From positions 1 through 64,000 of the forward strand of contig JBGFSC010000026.1 in assembly GCA_041694815.1 (NCBI GenBank): a stretch of DNA of 64,000 bases, read 5' to 3'. Positions 1-9,740 of the stretch are shown one piece after another (the first letter of the stretch is position 1; each line of letters begins with the position of its first letter). The translations under genes and the position numbers were made by a program. The stretch is from Elusimicrobiota bacterium. GTDB taxonomy: Bacteria > Elusimicrobiota > Elusimicrobia > UBA1565 > JACRDR01. The notes under the pieces were generated by a model. That model was given only the letters and a program-made list of their open reading frames with translations. It was not told the origin of the DNA and did no database searches.

Positions 1-260
1 AACCTTGCTTGAGCGAGCCTCGCTTTTCGATCTGCTCCACCTCAACCCCAAAAGGCTCGACCGCCTCAGGCGTCAAGACCTCCAGCTATGCCTCCAACTT
101 TAACCGGACAGGAGTGATTTTGTTTTTAGTCTCAGCGTTGAGACTAAGAGTCAAATTTTGCTTGTTCTGACGATATTTTTCGTTTCCAAAGTCACGAAAA
201 ATGCCCGGCGACCATGCTAGAGTCTCGAAATAACAGTAGTTTAACTTCCATATGACCGCG

Positions 261-524
261 TTAGACCGCGTGGTGTAGGAGCGTCTTATTGATCACGGTT
301 TGGTAGCCGATGCCGCGCCGTTTGGCTTGGACCCGCGCCCAGCGAAGGGCCTTGGGATGGAGCCGAATATGGACATCCCGATATTTATCCTCGCCCTTTG
401 GGGGGCGCCCGCGCGGACGACGCTTGATATGAAAAGTATTTTCAATGGCCTTGCGGAACATTTCAGTTTCGATAGGCGTTATTTTGCGCGCCTTGGAGAA
501 ATCAAAGCGATCTTTTTTCCTCAT
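261..524 (-). CDS. BrnA-family antitoxin
   Basis: RGRPP motif followed by VHIRLHPKALRWAR..GIGYQTVINKTL (BrnA-type ribbon-helix-helix C-terminus); start moved to ATG 524 (MRKKDRFDFSKA). Confidence 0.8.
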   Translation of the reverse strand: MRKKDRFDFSKARKITPIETEMFRKAIENTFHIKRRPRGRPPKGEDKYRDVHIRLHPKALRWARVQAKRRGIGYQTVINKTLLHHAV

Positions 525-620
525 ATAGCCTCCGTTCTTTTCGATTCGCGTGTCGCGCACTGATAATCCGAGTAACGCGCAACGAAACTCGCATGGTCAA
601 TACCACTCGAAATGCGTCAT
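502..620 (-). pseudogene. BrnT-family toxin remnant with central deletion and frameshift
   Basis: ATG 620 gives MTHFEW(Y*); another frame gives ..TRIISARHANRKERRLYEEKRSL*, the typical BrnT C-terminus; overlaps the antitoxin start. Confidence 0.75.
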
Positions 621-774
621 TTATAGTGTACACTGAAATAATAGAGCCATCAATCCCTCCCGGCTCTCCATATATACGAATAGAAAGGGCGGAAAGTTCC
701 CTGAATGTGGAAACTGAGGTCGGATAACGGTTTAAGGTAACGCGAGCTCGTTGGCTCGCTAGGCTAAGGTGCTG

Positions 775-1416
775 TTAAGTGGCCTGAAACGCCGGCTCGG
801 TGATCTTGCGCAGCTCCTCGAGCGAGATCGAGTCCGACTTCTCGCGGAGGAGGAGGCCCTGCGGCGTGATGTCGAAGGTCGCGTACTCGGTCACGATGGT
901 GTGGACCACGCCCTTGCCGGTCAGGGGCAGGCTGCAGCGCTTTAAAATCTTTGGCTTTCCTTCCTTCGTCGCGTGCTCCATGGCGACGATGACACGCTTG
1001 GTGCCGGCCACCATGTCCATGGCCCCGCCCATGCCGCGTACCTTCTTGCCCGGGATCATCCAGTTGGCGAGGTCCCCCGTCTCGGAGACCTCCATGCCGC
1101 CCAATATGGTCGCGTCCAGATGCCCGCCGCGAACCATGGCGAAGGACTCGTGCGAGCCGAAATAGCAGCAGCCCTTAAGCTCGGTGATCGTTTCCTTGCC
1201 CGCGTTGATGAGATCCGGGTCTTCCTCGCCCTCGTAGGGATAGGGGCCGTAGCCCAGCATCCCGTTCTCGGTGTGCAGGACCAGCTCGACGCCGGGCGGA
1301 AGATAATTGGGCACCAGGGTGGGCACGCCGATGCCGAGATTGACGTAATCGCCGTCCTTGAGCAGCCTCGCCGCGCGCTTGGCGATGACGACGCGCTTGT
1401 CCTCTTCCTGGCTCAC
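775..1416 (-). CDS. scoB: 3-oxoacid CoA-transferase subunit B
   Basis: VNLGIGVPT, ENG (catalytic Glu), GDLANW, GMGGAMD motifs. Confidence 0.93.
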   Translation of the reverse strand: MSQEEDKRVVIAKRAARLLKDGDYVNLGIGVPTLVPNYLPPGVELVLHTENGMLGYGPYPYEGEEDPDLINAGKETITELKGCCYFGSHESFAMVRGGHLDATILGGMEVSETGDLANWMIPGKKVRGMGGAMDMVAGTKRVIVAMEHATKEGKPKILKRCSLPLTGKGVVHTIVTEYATFDITPQGLLLREKSDSISLEELRKITEPAFQAT

Positions 1417-2123
1417 GCGGCCACCTTCGCGCGTGGGCGCACGGTGCGCTTCTCGATGGGTTTCTTGTAATTCGTGCCCTGGAAGATCCGTTTGACGTAG
1501 ATCCCGGGAACATGGACGGCCTCGGGGTCGATTTCTCCGGCCTCGACCAAATGCTCCACCTCGGCGATCGTCGTCTTGGCCGCCGTGGCCATGACGGCGT
1601 TGAAATTCCGGGCGGTCTTGCGGAACTGGAGATTGCCCAGGGTATCGCCCTTGTAGGCCTTCACGAAGGCGTAATCGCCCCTAAGCGGCTTTTCGAGGAC
1701 GTACCAACGCCCGTCGATCTGCCGCGTCTCCTTGCCCTCCGCGACGACGGTGCCGTATCCCGTCGGTGTGAAGAACCCGCCGATCCCGGCTCCCGCGGCC
1801 CGCATGCGCTCGGCGAGCGTGCCCTGCGGGTTCCATTCGACCTCGAGCCGGCCCTGAAGCACCATCTCCTCGAATATCTTGCACTCGCCGCCGTAGGACA
1901 TGTGGATCTTCTTGACCTGCCCCTGCTTGAGCAGTAGGCCGATGCCGTGCCCGTCGGTGCCGGCGTTGTTGGAGGCGAGGGTGAGGTCCTTGGTGCCTTT
2001 TTGGATCAGGGCCGCGAGAAGGTTCTCCGGCAGGCCGCTCAGCCCGAAGCCGCCGATGAGAATCGTCGCGCCGTCCTTGATGTCGGCGATGGCCTCGGCG
2101 GCCCCGGAGACCGTCTTCTTCAC
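1413..2123 (-). CDS. scoA: 3-oxoacid CoA-transferase subunit A
   Basis: GGFGLSGLPENL, PQGTLAERMRAAGAGIGGFFTPTGYGT, ARNFN; GTGA overlap with subunit B. Confidence 0.93.
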   Translation of the reverse strand: MKKTVSGAAEAIADIKDGATILIGGFGLSGLPENLLAALIQKGTKDLTLASNNAGTDGHGIGLLLKQGQVKKIHMSYGGECKIFEEMVLQGRLEVEWNPQGTLAERMRAAGAGIGGFFTPTGYGTVVAEGKETRQIDGRWYVLEKPLRGDYAFVKAYKGDTLGNLQFRKTARNFNAVMATAAKTTIAEVEHLVEAGEIDPEAVHVPGIYVKRIFQGTNYKKPIEKRTVRPRAKVAA

Positions 2124-2132
2124 TCGCCCGCC

Positions 2133-4728
<2,596 letters not shown>

Positions 4729-4848
4729 GTGCCGCCTCCAGTTAAGCCCTATTTCCGTCGATGGACCAAGCCGCCGATGGGTGGAACGCCGGGGCTAAAT
4801 ATATTGGCAAAGTATACTATATTTTTTGGTCGAGAGGCCTATGGGGGG

Positions 4849-5904
4849 ATGGGCCTTTCGGCCGTGGCGGGAAAACGCGGCAGGCCCTATGCTTTAATCG
4901 TGGGCCTTTTCTGCGCCTTCTTGCTGCTCGCGCGCCTAGGGACGGCGGGCGAGGCGGCCTCTCCTGGCTTCGACTCCGAGGATCCCGTCCGTTGGGCGGA
5001 GCGTAACGTCCAGTTCCGCGCCGACGGGCCGCGTTTGCGCCTGATGGAAGGCCGGGGCGCCGCGCAGCTGCCGCTGCGAAATCCCGATACGACGCTTTTT
5101 CTCCCGGAAGAATCCTTCCCTGACTGGCGCGAGAGCGCGGCGGTGATGCGCGCCGTCGAGCGCTATATGGCCTTAGGAGAGAATGACTCCCAGAAGGAGT
5201 ACAAGCATGCCTTCTCGGGCATCGCCGACGCCGCGGAAGCCTGGGCGAGAAGCATCCTGGGGACTCTTCCCGCCGAATACCGACAGGCCCAAAAGGCCTT
5301 GCGGGGCTCCCGCTGGAATGCCTTCCTTAGGTTTCTCATTTACGACGCCGGGTATTGGCGGCGGCTGGAGGCCCTTCAATGGGAATTTTGCCGGAAAATA
5401 CAGTCGCGGCTCATTTCGAACCCTGCGCTGCCTGTCTTCCACGAATTCGAGAATCCCGATATGAGCGATTCCGCCGCAGGTTTAACGGGAGCGTTCGTTT
5501 CGTGGGACGGAGCCCGCGCCGGCGGATGGGAGGACGGAAAGGCGGGGACATTGCTGGTGGCTTATAAAAAATTCCCTGTCGATAAAAATACGGAGTTCGA
5601 ATCCTACAGGGCGCATGAATGGTCGCATGTGGTAGACCTTGCCCGGCTGAGCGCGGTCAACGGCCGGGGCGAGCGCCTGCGCGAGCTGGAGGTCAAGGAA
5701 ATGTTCTTCACGGAGGCGAAGGCCTACGCCTTGAGCTTTCTCATCGATTCTTGGGGCTTCGGCAATTTCCGCGAGTATCTGGCATACCGCCTTCGCGGAT
5801 ATGATTGGATCCGATCATCCGACGGATTCAAGTGGAAGCTGGGACTCAAAAAGACCAGTTCTCTAGGAAAGGACCTCCGCTACCGGCATACGGTGTTGCC
5901 CTGA
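4849..5904 (+). CDS. exported hypothetical protein with HExxH zincin-like motif
   Basis: Start moved to ATG 4849 because the upstream part is the metK antisense shadow; hydrophobic N-terminal segment; RAHEWSH and a downstream E.KAY. Confidence 0.6.
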   Translation: MGLSAVAGKRGRPYALIVGLFCAFLLLARLGTAGEAASPGFDSEDPVRWAERNVQFRADGPRLRLMEGRGAAQLPLRNPDTTLFLPEESFPDWRESAAVMRAVERYMALGENDSQKEYKHAFSGIADAAEAWARSILGTLPAEYRQAQKALRGSRWNAFLRFLIYDAGYWRRLEALQWEFCRKIQSRLISNPALPVFHEFENPDMSDSAAGLTGAFVSWDGARAGGWEDGKAGTLLVAYKKFPVDKNTEFESYRAHEWSHVVDLARLSAVNGRGERLRELEVKEMFFTEAKAYALSFLIDSWGFGNFREYLAYRLRGYDWIRSSDGFKWKLGLKKTSSLGKDLRYRHTVLP

Positions 5905-5935
5905 GGCAATCGTCGCCTTTGCTCTCCCGCCACGG

Positions 5936-6115
5936 TCAGGGTCGTTCTGATAGCAAGTCGACGAGATCGCGATAACCGCTGATGATCCGAAGAACCTGTA
6001 GTGGCCGTGTTTCCGGTCGATACATCACGATGTAGCTGTAAACGGGCCAGAATCGGTGGCGTGGGTCGGCGACAGGGTCGAGCTCGGCTTGAGTTGTTAA
6101 GACAAAGCGGCTCAT
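5936..6115 (-). pseudogene. ParE/RelE-family toxin with in-frame central deletion (59 aa)
   Basis: MSRFVLTTQAELD joined to PVADPRHRFWPVYSYIVMYRPETRPLQVLRIISGYRDLVDLL; ATGA overlap with the antitoxin stop; not in the ORF track. Confidence 0.75.
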
Positions 6116-6378
6116 GCCGCTTGACGCTTTTTAGTGGAGCCCCGCTTTCGAAGTCTTCGAAAGGCCCTTTCGCCATCGACGAACCGGCCCTGGTCCGCCT
6201 GTTCGATGCCAACGGCCAATTCCCGTTTGAACTGCTGCAAGCGCGCTTGTTTGGCGTCCTCTTGTTCCTTCAGAAGACGAAGACCTTCTCTAATGACCTC
6301 GCTTTGGGACTGGTAGAGCCCGGACGACAGCAGCTTGCCCACAAACTTGTCGAAGGTAGGGCCGAGATTAACGTTCAT
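6112..6378 (-). CDS. ParD-family (CC2985-like) antitoxin
   Basis: MNVNLG..FVGKLLSSGLYQSQSEVIREGLRLL..GIEQADQG pattern. Confidence 0.88.
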   Translation of the reverse strand: MNVNLGPTFDKFVGKLLSSGLYQSQSEVIREGLRLLKEQEDAKQARLQQFKRELAVGIEQADQGRFVDGERAFRRLRKRGSTKKRQAA

Positions 6379-6380
6379 GC

Positions 6381-6423
6381 TGACAGTATATCCCAGACTG
6401 TCAATAATTGTCAAGTATTGACA
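6381..6423 (-). promoter_or_regulatory. sigma70 promoter with inverted-repeat operator of the parD-parE module
   Basis: Minus-strand TTGACA (6414-6409), 18 nt, TATACT (6390-6385); inverted repeats TGACAGT/ACTGTCA and TGTCAATA/TATTGACA. Confidence 0.65.
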
Positions 6424-6448
6424 TTATCGGCATGTAAGCGGTCCGACC

Positions 6449-6507
6449 CCCGGCTCCTCAGACATCAGGCACCGCTGACGGTGGCCCCGCGGCGGATCCA
6501 AGAGCCG
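6449..6507. repeat. diverged direct-repeat copy of the DUF2267 gene 3' end (7915-7973)
   Basis: 53/59 nt identical by manual alignment; encodes LGSAAGPPSAVPDV* versus PGSAAGPPSVAPDV*. Confidence 0.9.
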
Positions 6508-6681
6508 GCGTGGAGCGGGATGGTCTCGCCTAAACGTTGATTTTTTGCCCCCCACCCTTTTGACGGAGCTAAAAACCGCGCTCGACCATGGCGACGATTC
6601 TGTCAATAGGCCCTCAGACTAACATTTCAATAGGCCTATAGGCTCAGGCAAATTTGGGCGCCGCCCTTAACAATTAAGGTA

Positions 6682-7077
6682 ATGCGAAAAATTATCCTCG
6701 CGGTATTTTTGGCTGGACTCGGCGCCGCCGCCTACGGCGGAGCCGTGGACCTGCTGCGCCAGTGCCTGGCGGCGAAGAAGCTTTCCACCACGCGGGTCGA
6801 CATCGACACCGTGAATAAGCGCCTGTCGGGCGCCTCGGCAGCGGAAATTGAAAGCCTGGTCGATACGGCGGTGATGCTCTCTGCCTACAAGAGCGAGACG
6901 GAGCTTTCCACGGAAGACTTCCTCAACGTGATCGATCAACGCGCCGCCCAGGCGGCGGGCATCAGCGTCAAAGAGTATCGCGGCTTTAAAGAACGCCTGA
7001 GCCGGCCCGCGGCAGAAGCCGTCGCGGCTGAATTTCGTGAGAAGGCCGAGAAGCACTTCAAAATTCGATGGGAATGA
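6682..7077 (+). CDS. secreted small protein with AAA+ lid-like helical segment
   Basis: Signal peptide MRKIILAVFLAGLGAAAYG; VDIDTV..LSGASAAEIESLVDTAVMLS..LSTEDFLNVID. Confidence 0.6.
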   Translation: MRKIILAVFLAGLGAAAYGGAVDLLRQCLAAKKLSTTRVDIDTVNKRLSGASAAEIESLVDTAVMLSAYKSETELSTEDFLNVIDQRAAQAAGISVKEYRGFKERLSRPAAEAVAAEFREKAEKHFKIRWE

Positions 7078-7844
7078 ACTGTGCGACCGTTTTTCTTTTA
7101 GCTTTTCCCCCTTACGCCTTTGCGCAGGACTTCATCCCTAAATTCGTCTATATTCCGCCCGGTGAGTTCGATATGGGCAGTCCTGAGAACGAGAAAGATA
7201 GATTTTTGAACGAGACCCCGCAGCACCGCGTGCGCATAAGCCAGGGCTTCGAGATGCAGACCACGGAGGTAACCCAGCTTCAGTATTACCTGATCACCGG
7301 CAGCAACCCTTCGCGGTTTAAGGACTGTGAAAAATATGGCCCCAAGCAGGAGCCGATCTGTCCTAATCATCCGGTAGACATGGTCTCATGGGCAGATGCG
7401 CAGGCGTTTATCCAGCGTTTAAACGAGCTTCAAGATAAATGCGTCTATCGTCTTCCCACCGAAGCGGAATGGGAGTACGCGGCAAGAGGAGGGGAGCCCA
7501 CGATCTATTCATTCGGCTCGGACGCCTCCGGCTTGGGCGCGCATGCCTGGTATTACGACAACTCAAACGGCCGCAGCCAGATGGTCGCTTCCAAAATGCC
7601 CAATCCGTTCGGTCTCTATGACATGCACGGCAATGTCTGGGAGTGGGTGCAGGACTGGTATGGGGACTATCCAAAACAGAGCATAACGGACCCTAAAGGC
7701 CCGAGTTCAGGCTCGCGCCGGGTCGTCCGGGGCGGCTCCTGGAGCAACCTTGCCAGGTACCTGCGGTCGGCTCCGCGCAACAGCTACGGCCCTGGCGACC
7801 GCAACGACTACCTTGGTTTTCGTCTCGTAAGGTCATGTCGTTAG
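7074..7844 (+). CDS. formylglycine-generating enzyme family (C-type lectin fold) exported protein
   Basis: F.MGS, TEVT, RLPTEAEWEYAARG, NPFGLYDMHGNVWEW, RVVRGGSW..GFRLVR; ATGA overlap with the upstream gene. Confidence 0.92.
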   Translation: MNCATVFLLAFPPYAFAQDFIPKFVYIPPGEFDMGSPENEKDRFLNETPQHRVRISQGFEMQTTEVTQLQYYLITGSNPSRFKDCEKYGPKQEPICPNHPVDMVSWADAQAFIQRLNELQDKCVYRLPTEAEWEYAARGGEPTIYSFGSDASGLGAHAWYYDNSNGRSQMVASKMPNPFGLYDMHGNVWEWVQDWYGDYPKQSITDPKGPSSGSRRVVRGGSWSNLARYLRSAPRNSYGPGDRNDYLGFRLVRSCR

Positions 7845-7882
7845 ATCAAATAGACGCTCGGGCGCCCTTGGTCCGTGGTTTA

Positions 7883-7915
7883 TTTTAGCTCCACCTTTTT
7901 GGCGGAGTTGAAAAC
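7883..7915. repeat. REP-like imperfect hairpin, related to 6541-6576 and 58553-58585; possible terminator between convergent genes
   Basis: TTTTAGCTCCACC-TTTT-TGGCGGAGTTGAAAAC. Confidence 0.55.
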
Positions 7916-7923
7916 CCGGCTCC

Positions 7924-8517
7924 TCAGACGTCAGGCGCCACCGACGGCGGCCCCGCGGCGGATCCAGGAGCCGACGGAATAACGCCGGGAGGGATTCGTC
8001 GATGCACCGGCTCCTCTTCGGGAGGACGAGGAGGCCCTTCGGTCAAAAGGACCTCTTCTTCCTCGAATAGGCCGGACTCGACCTCGTCCCAGAAGAGACG
8101 AACCTCCTTGGGTAATACCGCCTTGACGCCCTGGATCTCGCCGCGGGAAAGGTGCCGGTAGAGAGTGCGGATGACCGCCTGGCTGGCGAGGGCCGGGTCC
8201 AAGTCCTCTTGGTTTCTCAGGGACTCGCGGATGATCTCGTAAAATTGTGCGCGGCTTAAGCGCTTGGGCTTGACCCTCGGCTTCCAACCGTCGTAATAGA
8301 CCCCGCTGACGATCAGCGGCATCTGCGCGACGAATTTCACCGCTTCCGAGACGGGCAGGCAATCGCGTATCGCGTGCAGCACCGAGCGCAGGGCCGCGTA
8401 GGCCTTTACGCGGGACCTTGGGTCGTGCTCCTGGTGCAGCTCATGCTCGATGTCCTTGAGCCAGAGATTGGTTTTTTGAAGCGAGGATTCGATCACTTCC
8501 AGTCTCTTATTCGTCAT
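7924..8517 (-). CDS. DUF2267 domain protein with Pro/Glu-rich tail
   Basis: SLQKTNLWLKDI, AYAALRSVLHAIRDCL, AQMPLIVSGVYYDGWKP; start moved to ATG 8517. Confidence 0.82.
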   Translation of the reverse strand: MTNKRLEVIESSLQKTNLWLKDIEHELHQEHDPRSRVKAYAALRSVLHAIRDCLPVSEAVKFVAQMPLIVSGVYYDGWKPRVKPKRLSRAQFYEIIRESLRNQEDLDPALASQAVIRTLYRHLSRGEIQGVKAVLPKEVRLFWDEVESGLFEEEEVLLTEGPPRPPEEEPVHRRIPPGVIPSAPGSAAGPPSVAPDV

Positions 8518-8623
8518 AAATTTGGCCTCTGAAAGGCAGCTTGCCGATCCAAATTTATTGTAGTCCCGACGGGGAATCGGATGGAATTGAGGGAATGTAA
8601 ACGATTTATAACGGCGCGAAGAT

Positions 8624-8671
8624 GGTGCCAGGGATTGACTTTCGCCTAGGCGAAAGTCAATCCCTGGCACC
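8624..8671. repeat. perfect 48-bp palindrome
   Basis: GGTGCCAGGGATTGACTTTCGCCT-AGGCGAAAGTCAATCCCTGGCACC, directly after the stop codon at 8673. Confidence 0.95.
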
Positions 8672-8672
8672 G

Positions 8673-9740
8673 CTACTGCCGTATATTCAGGACAGCGGCC
8701 TCGTAAACGGTGATGTCCTCGTTGATATGCCCGTCGGCGCCGATGATGCAGTTGGACAGATGCACGTTGCGGCTGACGAAGACGTTGCTAAAAAGGATGC
8801 AGTTCTTGAGCACCGCGTTCTGCGACACGCGCGCGCGCTCTCCCACCACCGTGCCGGGCCCGATGACGCAGCCGGCCTCGATGACCGAGCCCTTTCCGAT
8901 GACGCAAGGAGCCAGGAGGCGCGCGCTGCGGTCGATGCGCGAGCCCTCGTCGACCCATATGCCTCGGCGTATCTGCCGGCCCGGGATGTTGATGCCGACG
9001 GCCCCGGCCAAGGCCTCGCCCTGGGCGCGGCGGTACTCGGGCAGATTGCCCACATCGCACCAGTAGCCGTTCCATTCCCAGGCGTAGATGGGCTTTTTCA
9101 TGCTCAGCAGCTTGGGCCAGAGCTGGTGGCCGAAATCGTAGGGCCGGCCCTTGGGGATGTAGCGGAACACCTCGGGCTCGAACAGGTAGATGCCCGTGTT
9201 GACCTTGTTCGAAAATACGTCGCTCCAGGAGGGCTTCTCCAGGAAACCCGTGATGCGCCCGGAGCGGTCGAAGGTGGTGACCCCGTACTCGAAGCGGGCG
9301 TCGACGGCCTTGAGGGCCATCGTGGCCATCGACTTCTTCTTGCGGTGGTAGGCGTAGAAGGCGCCGATATCGAAATCGCTCAGCCCGTCGCCCGAGAGCA
9401 CGATGAAGGGGCCGTCCTTGAGCCAGGGCTCGACCAACTTGATCGCCCCGGCCGTGCCCATGAGCCGGCGCTCCTGCGAGTAGCGGATGCGCAACGACCA
9501 TTGAGAGCCGTTGCCGCAATAGCCCCTCACCTGCTCGGGCTGCGCGTAGAGGTTCATCACGACGTCGGTGATGCCGTGGCGCAGCAGGTTGTCGAGGACA
9601 TGGTGCACGACGGGGCGGTTGACGATCGGTACCATCGGCTTGGGCGTCTCATACGTCAGGGGCCGAAGACGGGTGCCGGCCCCCGCGGCGAGCACCATGG
9701 CCTTGAGCGGCGGAGGGGTTGTGTCCCTCTCAGTGGGCAT
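8673..9740 (-). CDS. NDP-sugar synthase (mannose-1-phosphate guanylyltransferase-like, with left-handed beta-helix)
   Basis: LAAGAGTRLRPLT..PKPMVP, GTAG, FLEKP, NTGIY, YWCDVG, C-terminal hexapeptide repeats. Confidence 0.88.
   Translation of the reverse strand: MPTERDTTPPPLKAMVLAAGAGTRLRPLTYETPKPMVPIVNRPVVHHVLDNLLRHGITDVVMNLYAQPEQVRGYCGNGSQWSLRIRYSQERRLMGTAGAIKLVEPWLKDGPFIVLSGDGLSDFDIGAFYAYHRKKKSMATMALKAVDARFEYGVTTFDRSGRITGFLEKPSWSDVFSNKVNTGIYLFEPEVFRYIPKGRPYDFGHQLWPKLLSMKKPIYAWEWNGYWCDVGNLPEYRRAQGEALAGAVGINIPGRQIRRGIWVDEGSRIDRSARLLAPCVIGKGSVIEAGCVIGPGTVVGERARVSQNAVLKNCILFSNVFVSRNVHLSNCIIGADGHINEDITVYEAAVLNIRQ

Noticed and set aside
1..260. Possible minus-strand coding fragment at the left edge
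   Set aside because: Too short, with no recognisable motif.
7068..7915. Complete DGR in this window
   Set aside because: No reverse transcriptase, avd or AAC-rich template repeat was seen; only a target-like gene.
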